Shown piece by piece: positions 8,662-18,468 of a stretch of DNA of 64,000 bases (positions within the stretch are counted from its first letter, which is position 1; the number at the start of each line of letters is the position of its first letter). Source of the stretch: a virus. The DNA is taken from the IMG/VR virus record IMGVR_UViG_3300009388_000001, positions 1-64,000 of that record. One strand, written 5' to 3'. The notes beneath the pieces are model-generated. The model was not told the origin of the DNA and did no database searches. It saw nothing but the letters and a program-made list of their open reading frames with translations. A program made the position numbers and the translations under genes.

Positions 8662-11600
8662 TACAGAAAGAAAATATTCATCTTACAAATATTCTAAATC
8701 CGTTTGATCCACGCGGTAGCCGCGAATTCAAAGAAATGCCACGTGGCCTGTCTTTAAAAGAATGTATTGATCTGAACAGGGATCCATTAACCGATTGTTA
8801 TAGTATATCGGCAGCAATAAATGGAGAACTTGTACCGGAAAATGCCGATTATTCCTTAATCTATCCGCATGGCAATGTTGTCATATGTGTTACTCCTCAA
8901 GGTGGTGGCAAGAAAAATACATTACGGCTTATATTGCAGCTTGCAGTTGTTGTTATTGCAGCCGCAGCCACATGGTATCTTGGCGGGGCTGGCGGATATC
9001 TTGTGGGAGCGGGATTTGCGTTAAATACAGCAAATGCAATAGCCATAGGCGCAGGTATGGCAGTCTCAGTTATTGGCAACACATTAATCAGCGCCCTTAT
9101 TCCATACGACATGGGCGATGCTAATGATTCTGAAGTATCTCAAACATATTCATGGGATGCATCAAACAACTCCAACCGCGAAGGTGTTGTCTGGCCTGTT
9201 CTTTATGGAACAACAAGAATTAAACCACCTATAATCGGCAAATATATTGAGATTGTTAATAATAAACAATACCTTAATATATTATATGCTATTGCTGATC
9301 ATGCCATTGATTCGTTTAACGAAACAAGTGTTTTGTTGAATGACAACCCGGTTGCTAAGGATTCCTATGATATTACATGGGAATATCGTACTGGATCTCT
9401 TGACCAAACACCGATTTCTTTCTTTCATGATACAAGATCAACAAAGGCAATAGGCCAGAAATTTGTTGATGGACAATACATAATAATTGATGTCGATGGT
9501 ACGCAAGTAGAGGCAATCGGTGTCGCTATTTCTTGTCCAATGGGAATATATATAGTCAATGATGATGGCAATAATGAAGCTCATGGCATTGATATTGAAA
9601 TAGAATATAAAGAAATCAATGATTCAACATGGGTACGCGCACAGCGTTACACAAGTTCAGAAACAACAATATCAACTGCGCGTTGGTCGGCAGGATTTGA
9701 AATTGGAGGTTCCTGGTATGAATATGAAGTTGGTTCGACCAATTCATCAGATCATATAGAGGGAGATTCTTATAATCCAACTATTTGGTTGTACAGTACT
9801 CGCCAAAGTCGTTTAATAAATAAATGGCACTGGGTTTCTGCCGGAACCAAAATAAACATAATAGGTGAAATAACTTGTAATCGTTATAATATTACTACAT
9901 GTACCAATAAAGCAATTCGTCGCGTTGTTTATATCGATAACCTTCCACCTGGGCAATATCAGGTAAGATTGCGTTGGTATAATGGTAATTTTCAAGCATC
10001 AAACGCAAGATTAATGATTGATACATACATTGATTATATCGAAGCAATCATATATGACCAATTTTCTTTTCCAGGTTCATCAGTATTCGGTTTGCGTGCT
10101 TTGGCAACTGATAAATTTTCGGGCAGCATACCATCATTTTCAATTATTGCCACACGATCAACCGTTCCGGTTTGGGCAGGTGCGGCATATGAAAATCTTC
10201 CAGCCAATAATCCGGCATGGGCATCATATGATATTTTACATGATTCCTTCTATGGTGGTGGTGTTCCTTATTCCAGAATTATTTACGAAGACTTTCTGGC
10301 ATGGGCCAACAATAATGACCTGCATTATATTTCTGATGGCGTTCCTTCGGCAGTACAATTCCGGTGCAATATTTATTTAGATTCTTCATCAAGCCTAAGA
10401 AAAGTCCTAAATACTTTCGGGCAGCTTGGCCGCGGGAATACTATTCAAATGGGTAGCAAATTCACCTGTTTTGTCGATAAACTGGAAACACTTCCAGCTC
10501 AAAGTTTCATATTTAACATGGCCAACATCAAGGCAAAGAGTTTCAATGTCGAATATATGGATATTGAAAACCGTGCCAATGCTGTTAATGTTACTTTTTG
10601 GGATAAAGAAAATAAGTACAAACAACGCACAATTGAAATTCATGCTTCGGACTTTGACTCCGCTACACAAGAGATCAAAAAAACACAACTTTCATTAAAA
10701 GGTTGCACATCTTTGGCGGAAGCGATCGCTCACGGCAACTTTGCGCTAAACTGCAATCGCTTGCTCATACGTACAGGAAATTGGGAGGCCGATATCGATG
10801 CAATCGGTTGTATGCCATGGGATGTTGTGGAAGCACAACATGATGTAACCATGTGGGGTGAAGGTGGACTGATTGTATCAGCTACATTCAGTCAAGTTAC
10901 ATTAGATAAGGAAATCACGTTATCTCCTGGTGTTGCTTACACAATCAAATTTCAATCAGCTGCAGATGACATAATAAAAGAATATACGTTAAATAATGTA
11001 GATTCTGAAGTCACAACTTCAACTGTATCAATAACCGATATATTCGATCCGCTTCCGGTAAGACACGATAAATGGATTATTACATCAATAGGATGTGCAA
11101 CAAAGTATTTTCGGCTTCTTAGAACAAGTCGCCTTAGTGACTTAACCAGAAAATTAATCTGCTTGGAGTACAATGCCAGTATCTATGATGATACAAAACC
11201 TGTGTCTGAACCAGCAACTATACCAACAATAACATACGAAGCCCATCTTCGTGCGCAGGAGGTCCAGCTATGGAATGGCAGTCCTGATACTGTCATTCAC
11301 TTATCCTGGACCGGATTCGCCATGATTTGGTATGTATTCTATAAAAGTTATGATGATGATGAATATACTTATATAGGAAGTACAAATAATCCATTTTTTA
11401 AAATCGAAGGCTTGCAACCTCGTAACGAGGCATATACTTTTTGTGTCAGCCATACCCGCCATGCCAATGACGGTATATCTACGACACTTGTTGTAGCCGG
11501 AATTGGCATTATCGCCGTACCTCAAGTACCTCTCAATTTTACAGCAACATTAATTGATAGAGTAATAAAGTTATCATGGGATGCGCCGACAGATATTACA

Positions 11601-13106
11601 GTTACCGGATATTCCATTTACTTGAATGATTCATTAAAGGCAACAAATATATCAGGAACTTCATATACTTACTCTGAAGTACTCACTGTCGGCACGTATA
11701 ATTTTACACTGGCAGCGCTGACGGTAGGCGGCGAAAGTGAGCAAACCGAAGTGGCTGGTATTACAATTACCGTACCATCAACGCCTGTTCCCACAGCCAC
11801 AGCAGTTAATGAACAATGTATCGTGACATGGGGAGACTGTAAAACATCCCTGCCCATTGCTTTTTATAAAGTAAATACTGTTAATATCGGATCCGCGCTC
11901 AGATACATGGAACGCATCAACTGGATAGGCGAAAGAACGTATACGGTGGTTGCTGTAGATATTGCCGGTAATGAAAGTGCTGAAGGATCGACATCTATAA
12001 CAACAAACGCAATAACAACCGGCACTGACATAACTACCACAGGTCTAACCTATGCCATACATCTTGTTTTGACTTATGCAGAGTTTACCGGTTTTAACTA
12101 TGTAGAAATATGGGCAGCAGAAACAAATAACCGGGCAACGGCAATAAATGTTGGAACTACAAAAACAGCAGCGTGGACACATAATGGCCTTGATCTTGTT
12201 GACAAACGTTATTATTGGATACGCCTTTGTGATATTTATGGAAACACAGGCAATTGGTATCCGTCATCCGCAACCGCAGGCATAGAAGGCAATACATCCA
12301 CAAGCCCAGATGATTATATATTGATTCTTCAGGGATACGAAAATCTCAACCAGATTGCCGGTTCTAATTTCCTTATTGAAGGTATTATTGACGGTCACAA
12401 TGTAGTTGGTGTCACGGGTGACCTAATTATTGATGGTTCGGTTATCGCGGAAAAGCTTGCATCCGGAATTATATATTCAAAACAAATAACTCTTGGTGTC
12501 TCTGATGGCAACGGTGACGCATATATTGCAGCAGGGAAAACTGATTTTAATAATACCCAGGCTGGTTTTATTCTTGGCATTGATGATTCAGACTCAAATA
12601 AGGCAAAATTATTTATTGGAAATGAATCAAATTACTTAAATTGGGATGGAAGTGCATTAACAATTCGAGGCGCCTTGAATGCTTCTGATATTACTTCCGG
12701 AACATTAAATGTTGATAGAATAAGTAGTGGCAGCATTTCTGTCCCGGTGACTGCATTTACAAGTGGTTCAACAAAATTATCATCCGGAACAATTACCTTG
12801 CAATCCGCCGAAATTACAACAATTGGCTCTGTTGTTTTTATTATATTTTCTTGTATTGGAAACAGTGACGGATCGATAGCGAATCCGGCAACACACGATA
12901 TAAAAATTTATCGTGATAGCACACTGATAAAAGAATATGAAGATATGGCATGGATATACAGTGATCACTATCACACACATGCTTTTAGTTTTTCAGATAC
13001 CCCAGCTGCAGGAACATATATTTATTACGCAAAAGCAACTTATGTATCTGGAAGTGCCGGTAATTTTAGCAATAGATCTTTGTTTTTGTTGGAATTAAGA
13101 AAATAA
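8649..13106 (+). CDS. central tail fibre / host-specificity protein (gpJ-like) with gpI-like N-terminal region
   Basis: About 1485 aa. The N-terminal 170 aa or so end in a Gly/Ala-rich hydrophobic segment (VVVIAAAATWYLGGAGGYLVGAGFAL), as in lambda gpI. The rest is J-like, with FN3-like repeats (LNFTATLI..LSWDAP). Confidence 0.75.
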   Translation: MESLIQKENIHLTNILNPFDPRGSREFKEMPRGLSLKECIDLNRDPLTDCYSISAAINGELVPENADYSLIYPHGNVVICVTPQGGGKKNTLRLILQLAVVVIAAAATWYLGGAGGYLVGAGFALNTANAIAIGAGMAVSVIGNTLISALIPYDMGDANDSEVSQTYSWDASNNSNREGVVWPVLYGTTRIKPPIIGKYIEIVNNKQYLNILYAIADHAIDSFNETSVLLNDNPVAKDSYDITWEYRTGSLDQTPISFFHDTRSTKAIGQKFVDGQYIIIDVDGTQVEAIGVAISCPMGIYIVNDDGNNEAHGIDIEIEYKEINDSTWVRAQRYTSSETTISTARWSAGFEIGGSWYEYEVGSTNSSDHIEGDSYNPTIWLYSTRQSRLINKWHWVSAGTKINIIGEITCNRYNITTCTNKAIRRVVYIDNLPPGQYQVRLRWYNGNFQASNARLMIDTYIDYIEAIIYDQFSFPGSSVFGLRALATDKFSGSIPSFSIIATRSTVPVWAGAAYENLPANNPAWASYDILHDSFYGGGVPYSRIIYEDFLAWANNNDLHYISDGVPSAVQFRCNIYLDSSSSLRKVLNTFGQLGRGNTIQMGSKFTCFVDKLETLPAQSFIFNMANIKAKSFNVEYMDIENRANAVNVTFWDKENKYKQRTIEIHASDFDSATQEIKKTQLSLKGCTSLAEAIAHGNFALNCNRLLIRTGNWEADIDAIGCMPWDVVEAQHDVTMWGEGGLIVSATFSQVTLDKEITLSPGVAYTIKFQSAADDIIKEYTLNNVDSEVTTSTVSITDIFDPLPVRHDKWIITSIGCATKYFRLLRTSRLSDLTRKLICLEYNASIYDDTKPVSEPATIPTITYEAHLRAQEVQLWNGSPDTVIHLSWTGFAMIWYVFYKSYDDDEYTYIGSTNNPFFKIEGLQPRNEAYTFCVSHTRHANDGISTTLVVAGIGIIAVPQVPLNFTATLIDRVIKLSWDAPTDITVTGYSIYLNDSLKATNISGTSYTYSEVLTVGTYNFTLAALTVGGESEQTEVAGITITVPSTPVPTATAVNEQCIVTWGDCKTSLPIAFYKVNTVNIGSALRYMERINWIGERTYTVVAVDIAGNESAEGSTSITTNAITTGTDITTTGLTYAIHLVLTYAEFTGFNYVEIWAAETNNRATAINVGTTKTAAWTHNGLDLVDKRYYWIRLCDIYGNTGNWYPSSATAGIEGNTSTSPDDYILILQGYENLNQIAGSNFLIEGIIDGHNVVGVTGDLIIDGSVIAEKLASGIIYSKQITLGVSDGNGDAYIAAGKTDFNNTQAGFILGIDDSDSNKAKLFIGNESNYLNWDGSALTIRGALNASDITSGTLNVDRISSGSISVPVTAFTSGSTKLSSGTITLQSAEITTIGSVVFIIFSCIGNSDGSIANPATHDIKIYRDSTLIKEYEDMAWIYSDHYHTHAFSFSDTPAAGTYIYYAKATYVSGSAGNFSNRSLFLLELRK

Positions 13107-13121
13107 AAAAAGGAATGGCTG

Positions 13122-13310
13122 ATGATAAAAACAATTGAAGAAATCACGCAGGAAAAAACTCTGGCTGAAATTATCGTGGCACGCGACAAAATGATTATTG
13201 TTTTGCATACACAAATGATGGAATTTCAGGAAAAAAACAACATGTTGACAAAACAACTTGAGGAAAAAAACAAGATTATCGAAAATCTTTTAAAAGAGAC
13301 GAAGCAATAA
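13122..13310 (+). CDS. hypothetical coiled-coil protein
   Basis: 62 aa ORF co-directional with the late genes, with AAGGAA upstream. Confidence 0.4.
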   Translation: MIKTIEEITQEKTLAEIIVARDKMIIVLHTQMMEFQEKNNMLTKQLEEKNKIIENLLKETKQ

Positions 13311-13338
13311 AAAATAAACTTGCAGGAGGTAACAAACA

Positions 13339-13614
13339 TTGGAACTTTTTACAAAAGAAGACCTCGAGAAAATTGTCGGAGATGCAGTTACAGATTCAAT
13401 GAAACGGGAATTTAAAAGTTTCTATATCCCACCTGAAAAACACTATAAGCAACATGAATTCATCGAAAAACTCATGGATATTTGCGACGATTGGAACAAG
13501 ACGAAACGGAATGTTATTTCGCGATGTATCTTGTATTTTATTGTCGGTTTATTGTTTCTTGGATTCTTAACATGGGGCATTAAAACATTCAATGTTCCTC
13601 AAATCAAAGGATAA
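13339..13614 (+). CDS. putative holin / membrane protein
   Basis: TTG start 9 nt after AGGAGG. There is a single C-terminal TM segment (ILYFIVGLLFLGFLTWGI). It lies directly upstream of the endolysin. Confidence 0.4.
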   Translation: MELFTKEDLEKIVGDAVTDSMKREFKSFYIPPEKHYKQHEFIEKLMDICDDWNKTKRNVISRCILYFIVGLLFLGFLTWGIKTFNVPQIKG

Positions 13615-13618
13615 AATC

Positions 13619-14053
13619 ATGCGGGAAAATTTCAACAAGGGACTGGATATTGTACTGGGACTGGAAAGTCGAACAACAACTAATGATCCTAAAGATCCTG
13701 GTGGTCTTACTGTGTGGGGACTATCTAAAAAATACAATCCGGAAGTTTATGACGGCATGCCGGAATCAGAAATAGAAGAACTTTATTATCGTAAATACTG
13801 GAAAGCGTCCGGCTGCGATGAAGCACCATTCCCTCTTGATATTTGCTTATTTGACGGCGCGGTAAATCCACAGGACGACAAGAAATTGCCCGGCGCCGGA
13901 AACAAGGAAATTCTTTTGCAGAAACCGAATGACTGGAAAGATTTTCTCTTTTTACGAATGGTACGTTACATGAAAAATTCTCAACGTGTTTATGTGCTCG
14001 GCCATATTCAACGCATCATTAAATTATACGAACAGATTTTGTCATTGAATTAA
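13619..14053 (+). CDS. endolysin, GH108-type lysozyme
   Basis: The motif LGLESRTTTNDPKDPGGLTVWGLS matches the GH108 EGG..NDP.DPGG.T..G signature. The ATG at 13619 follows the upstream stop. Confidence 0.7.
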   Translation: MRENFNKGLDIVLGLESRTTTNDPKDPGGLTVWGLSKKYNPEVYDGMPESEIEELYYRKYWKASGCDEAPFPLDICLFDGAVNPQDDKKLPGAGNKEILLQKPNDWKDFLFLRMVRYMKNSQRVYVLGHIQRIIKLYEQILSLN

Positions 14054-14061
14054 CTATCCCC

Positions 14062-14130
14062 TGCACGGACTGCCCCTCCGTGCATCTCGCCGCAGTGATC
14101 CGGTACTCTCCGCCGGGTCACTGTTTCTTA
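14062..14130 (+). terminator. two hairpins closing the late structural/lysis operon
   Basis: The first hairpin is TGCACGGA/TCCGTGCA (14062-14084). The second is GTGATCCGG/CCGGGTCAC (14095-14121) and is followed by TGTTTCTT. Confidence 0.4.
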
Positions 14131-14144
14131 GTCAATAAAAATAC

Positions 14145-14172
14145 TTGCACAATAAAAATTCTATGTTATAAA
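14145..14172 (+). promoter_or_regulatory. sigma70-like promoter candidate for the glycosylation island
   Basis: TTGCAC, 16 nt spacer, TATAAA, in the 250-nt gap upstream of the first glycosyltransferase gene. Confidence 0.3.
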
Positions 14173-14306
14173 GTGCAACTTATAAAACTTAGATAACTTA
14201 TAAATACAAGGAGGTGTCGCCATGAAATAACAAACATAAACAAAAGTAATTGCAGTTACTTGACCCTAAACTCTAAAACTTAATACTTCGCATAAGGAGG
14301 CAGCCT

Positions 14307-15593
14307 ATGGCGAAAATTGCTATTCTCACTACTTTCATGAAGTTCGATCCCTGGTATTCGCTAACAGGAATCGTCAAAGATCAGGTCAGAATGCTCACCG
14401 AATACGGAAACGAAGTTTTCCTGTTCGTTAATGAAAGATTCAATGATTCTGAAAATCAGTTTAACATTTCGAATTGTACCCTTCTTAAAAAAATACCTTT
14501 TGCCCATTTAAAAGATTATCAAAGCGGCCAACCGCTTTCCGAAGATCACGAAAAAACAGCCAGAGCAACGTGCGATATACTTGTTGAAACTATCAAAGAA
14601 CTGGAAATCGACACGGTCTTTACGCATGACTTCGTTTTTACCGGCTGGAATAAACCGTACGCCATCGGATTGCAATACATTCAAGATAAATTGCAAAAAG
14701 TTATCTGGCTGCACTGGATTCACAGCATACCTACCCAATTTTCCGATTGGTGGGATATGGCCTCTTATGGTCCGGGTCACAAACTTGTATATCCCAATGC
14801 GACAGATAAAATCCGTGTAGCGGAAAGTTACCGCACAAACACATCATCGGTTCGTATCATTCCGCACATCAAAGATCTGCGTGTCATGTTTAATTTTGAT
14901 GAAGCGACCTGCGAATTGATTGATAATTACCCTGCCATGATGTCGTCAGATATTATACAGATATATCCTGCTTCATCCGACCGCTTCGAAGCCAAACGTG
15001 TTTCTGAAGTTATCAGAATCATGGCCTACATCAAATCCATGGGTCATTCTGTTTGCCTTTTTATTGCAAACCAATGGGCAACGACACAAAAACATTACGC
15101 AAATCTGATGGATTATTACGAGATAGGAAAAAAATACGGTCTCGAACCCGGCAAGGATCTAATCTTTTCATCATTGTTTGAACGTAACGGTAAACAACCG
15201 TACAAAGTCGGCGTTCCTGCAAATATCCTTACCCAGTTAATGATGCTTTCTAACTTATTTGTCTTTCCGACACGCGAAGAAACATTCGGCCTTGTTCTTC
15301 CGGAAGTAGCGCTGGCATCCGGCGCTTTGTGCGTACTGAACCGTTCGTTGCACATGCAAGCAGAAGTGTCCGGCGGCAATACATTATTCTTTGATTTCGG
15401 ATCATATACGCATGATCATCATTGCAATGATCAAGACGACTATTTAAAGCAGGTAGCCATAGTGATCCTTGGCCGGATGAATGAAAACGACGGTATCATG
15501 ACGCGAACATTCATGCGCAAGAAATACAATTACGATAATCTCTACTCCAAATATTACGCTCCTGTCATGGCAGAAACGAGGATATATGTATGA
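14307..15593 (+). CDS. GT-B fold glycosyltransferase (GT1/GT4-like)
   Basis: EX7E-type motif FPTREETFGLVLPEVALASG. Strong AAGGAGGCAGCC upstream. Confidence 0.75.
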   Translation: MAKIAILTTFMKFDPWYSLTGIVKDQVRMLTEYGNEVFLFVNERFNDSENQFNISNCTLLKKIPFAHLKDYQSGQPLSEDHEKTARATCDILVETIKELEIDTVFTHDFVFTGWNKPYAIGLQYIQDKLQKVIWLHWIHSIPTQFSDWWDMASYGPGHKLVYPNATDKIRVAESYRTNTSSVRIIPHIKDLRVMFNFDEATCELIDNYPAMMSSDIIQIYPASSDRFEAKRVSEVIRIMAYIKSMGHSVCLFIANQWATTQKHYANLMDYYEIGKKYGLEPGKDLIFSSLFERNGKQPYKVGVPANILTQLMMLSNLFVFPTREETFGLVLPEVALASGALCVLNRSLHMQAEVSGGNTLFFDFGSYTHDHHCNDQDDYLKQVAIVILGRMNENDGIMTRTFMRKKYNYDNLYSKYYAPVMAETRIYV

Positions 15594-16738
15594 GACGACT
15601 TGTATATCTTTACGTATCGAACGGTTCTGCCGCGCCGGATAAAATTCCAAAATGGTCGCCGGAAATACAATCCAGAGATCCTTTTGCCGCACATTTTAAT
15701 GAAGAAGGGTTCTGTTATTTATTCAAGGAATTTATCAAAAAAAACTTATTTGATGAAATTCTTGTAATAATTGAATCTAACCGATCACCGGGATCCTTTG
15801 TCATCTCCAAAAACATCAACGGACTTGTCGTGCCTCATGTTGAATGTCTTTGGCCGTTTTTGCGTCCTGACGATATCATGTGGGCGCGCGGCGGTTGGCG
15901 GTCATGGTGGGCATTTTTGAATCAATGGCACGAAATGGATAGATGGTTGCTGTTTTACCGTGCCGCTTCGAATCGCGGAGCATGGACATTCTGGGACATT
16001 GTTCTCGATGATCTCATTGAGCAATGCGATCAAGATAGTATCGGCCGATTTTATTATCCGATCCGCAAACCGATCAATCCTGAACTTTTTTATTTCATGC
16101 CGAATGTTCAACGCGAATACGACCTGATGATCGGAGCGTCCCATGTTCATGATAAAAAGGGACAATTCAAAATCCTTCCCATACTGTTGGAATACAGAAA
16201 ACAATTCAGCAGACACGATCTGAAATGTATTATGCCCGGCAGTTTATCTCATGGAATCGGAACATCGCATATCACCGAAATGATAAACTGCTATGATCTG
16301 GATATCAGACTGACCGGAATGATCCCGCGCAATGAACTTTGCGAATTGTATAATCAATCAAAGCTTTTCGTACATTGTGGCGTTGCCGGCCAGAATGACC
16401 GCGGCCCGTTGGAAGCAATGGCCTGTGGAACGCCTATCACCTTATCGAATGAGCAATTCCATAGTCCGGCAATCAGGAGCGATCATACTGTATTTTCGTT
16501 TCATTTCGATGTCGATAATCCGGCGCAGGCGGCAAAGCAAATCGATTTTGCCTTGCGTGCTTCTTCCATATTCCCTTCTTTTAATGAAGGAACACGTGAT
16601 TATTTTGATGTTACGCATGGCATCGAAGCAATCTATCCGCAATACGCAGCCTTATTTAACCGAATTTTTCAAACTCCACACAAGGAACGCCAGAAGTGGT
16701 TCGATCTGCTTCTGGGAAAGGAAATATCATGGCACTAA
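15590..16738 (+). CDS. GT-B fold glycosyltransferase
   Basis: C-terminal motif LFVHCGVAGQNDRGPLEAMACGTPI. ATGA overlap with the upstream gene. Confidence 0.6.
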   Translation: MRRLVYLYVSNGSAAPDKIPKWSPEIQSRDPFAAHFNEEGFCYLFKEFIKKNLFDEILVIIESNRSPGSFVISKNINGLVVPHVECLWPFLRPDDIMWARGGWRSWWAFLNQWHEMDRWLLFYRAASNRGAWTFWDIVLDDLIEQCDQDSIGRFYYPIRKPINPELFYFMPNVQREYDLMIGASHVHDKKGQFKILPILLEYRKQFSRHDLKCIMPGSLSHGIGTSHITEMINCYDLDIRLTGMIPRNELCELYNQSKLFVHCGVAGQNDRGPLEAMACGTPITLSNEQFHSPAIRSDHTVFSFHFDVDNPAQAAKQIDFALRASSIFPSFNEGTRDYFDVTHGIEAIYPQYAALFNRIFQTPHKERQKWFDLLLGKEISWH

Positions 16739-17334
16739 AACATCCGATCATGACTAAAACAGCTTTAAGGGATTACGAAATAGGAGATTACACATATGGC
16801 GTACCAAAAATTATCGGAAAAGGAAGTCTTACAATTGGTAAATTTACCTCAATTGCCGATGATGTCACCATTCTTTTCAATGTCGAACATCGGCACGATT
16901 GGACGACAACTTACCCCTTTTCCGCACTTTTCGCCGACGCCCAACACATCGCAGGACACCCTCGAGATAAAGGACCTATCATTATCGGAAATGACGTATG
17001 GATTGGTCATAAAGTTACCATCATGTCAGGAGTTACGATTGGCAATGGCGCGGTTATCGGAGCAAATGCGGTTGTTGCAAGAGATGTCGATGCTTATTCT
17101 GTGGTTGCCGGAAACCCCGCCGTCCATAAAAAATTCCGATTCGATGAATCGTGGTGTGACTATTTACAGCGGAAGTTAAAATGGTGGGAGTTTCCGCTGG
17201 ATAATATTCTCGCCCATATCGAAGATATTCTCAAGCCTCCCGGCGAACATCTTTTTGGTCTGCGCAAAACAATTGAGGAAGAAATAGAAGCGGAAAGGAA
17301 AAGAAAGGAGGCTGAGCAGAATGAAGAGTCTTGA
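16729..17334 (+). CDS. hexapeptide-repeat acetyltransferase (left-handed beta-helix, Vat/CatB-like)
   Basis: Hexapeptide repeats IGNDVWIGHKVTIMSGVTIGNGAVIGANAVV. The ATG at 16729 overlaps the upstream stop. Confidence 0.75.
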   Translation: MALKHPIMTKTALRDYEIGDYTYGVPKIIGKGSLTIGKFTSIADDVTILFNVEHRHDWTTTYPFSALFADAQHIAGHPRDKGPIIIGNDVWIGHKVTIMSGVTIGNGAVIGANAVVARDVDAYSVVAGNPAVHKKFRFDESWCDYLQRKLKWWEFPLDNILAHIEDILKPPGEHLFGLRKTIEEEIEAERKRKEAEQNEES

Positions 17335-17905
17335 AATTACTTATCCGGAAAGATTCTTTGCAAGAAGATCTGGCATTGCCTGGCGCTCGGAAGTGTTGTG
17401 TCCGGTCATCATGGATATTCTGCAGCCAAAAAGCGTTATCGATGTCGGCTGCGCGATCGGAGATTTTGTTAAATGGTTCAATGACCACAAAATCGATTCT
17501 GTCGGCATTGAAGGTTCCCAGGGCGCGCGGAAATATGCCATGACCGATAAAATCATCTATCATGACCTACGCATTCCGATTCTTTCGCCTGTTAAAGTTG
17601 ACCTGGCCATGTCCATCGAGGTTGCCGAACACATTGAACCGGAATACGCGGAAATCTACGTTAAAAACCTGACTATGATGTCCAATAATCTGCTTCTGAC
17701 AATCGCCGGTCCCGAACAGAAAGGACATTCTCATGTCAACCTGCAACCAATAGAATACTGGGATGACCTTTTCTTCAAGTTCAATTTTAGTCGACGAAAA
17801 ATAATCGAATCAAAATTCAAAGGCGCATTGCATCTGCATCGGGCAAACAGATGGGTCAATGCGATCACTAATAATCTTTGTTTTTATCAAGGAGGCAGCC
17901 AATGA
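17321..17905 (+). CDS. class I SAM-dependent methyltransferase
   Basis: Motif I VIDVGCAIGDF, and later LLLTIAGPE. Confidence 0.7.
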   Translation: MKSLEITYPERFFARRSGIAWRSEVLCPVIMDILQPKSVIDVGCAIGDFVKWFNDHKIDSVGIEGSQGARKYAMTDKIIYHDLRIPILSPVKVDLAMSIEVAEHIEPEYAEIYVKNLTMMSNNLLLTIAGPEQKGHSHVNLQPIEYWDDLFFKFNFSRRKIIESKFKGALHLHRANRWVNAITNNLCFYQGGSQ

Positions 17906-18468
17906 AAACACCAGCAGAATATAGGGAAATGGAATTTATCGAATTATTTATTGCTCTGGCCAGATTATTCAAACCGAAAGTCTATGTCGAGCTTGGCACA
18001 AAGAAAGGTTACACGCTAAGGCGCATGGCTGATTATGTCGAAAAAGCAATCGGCATCGATTTTAATCATCTGAATCTCGGCATCAACAATGTAACGCATA
18101 TACAAAGTACAACACTTGAGTATGCCGAATCTTTAAAAGGCCGTGAACCTTTTATAGATATGCTTTTCATCGATGCCGATCATTCTTCGTTGCATGCTAT
18201 GAACGATGTTATCGCATACTTGCCTTATGTCAAAAACGGTACCGGTCTGATTCTCATGCATGACACTCACCCGATCATACCGGAATTGCTTGCTGATGGA
18301 TATTGCCATGATGCATGGCGCGCAGCTGACGATCTTTGGCATCTAACAAGTGCAATTTATCTGGAAATCGTCACGCTGCCCGGACCATGGGCCGGACTTT
18401 CCATTCTGCGAAAACGCGGAGATCATCATTTATCCTGGAAATCTCAGGAGGTCATGAATGAACTATAA
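17902..18468 (+). CDS. class I methyltransferase (O-methyltransferase-like)
   Basis: Motifs VYVELGTKKGYT and MLFIDADHS. GGAGGCAGCC upstream and an ATGA overlap. Confidence 0.55.
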   Translation: MKTPAEYREMEFIELFIALARLFKPKVYVELGTKKGYTLRRMADYVEKAIGIDFNHLNLGINNVTHIQSTTLEYAESLKGREPFIDMLFIDADHSSLHAMNDVIAYLPYVKNGTGLILMHDTHPIIPELLADGYCHDAWRAADDLWHLTSAIYLEIVTLPGPWAGLSILRKRGDHHLSWKSQEVMNEL

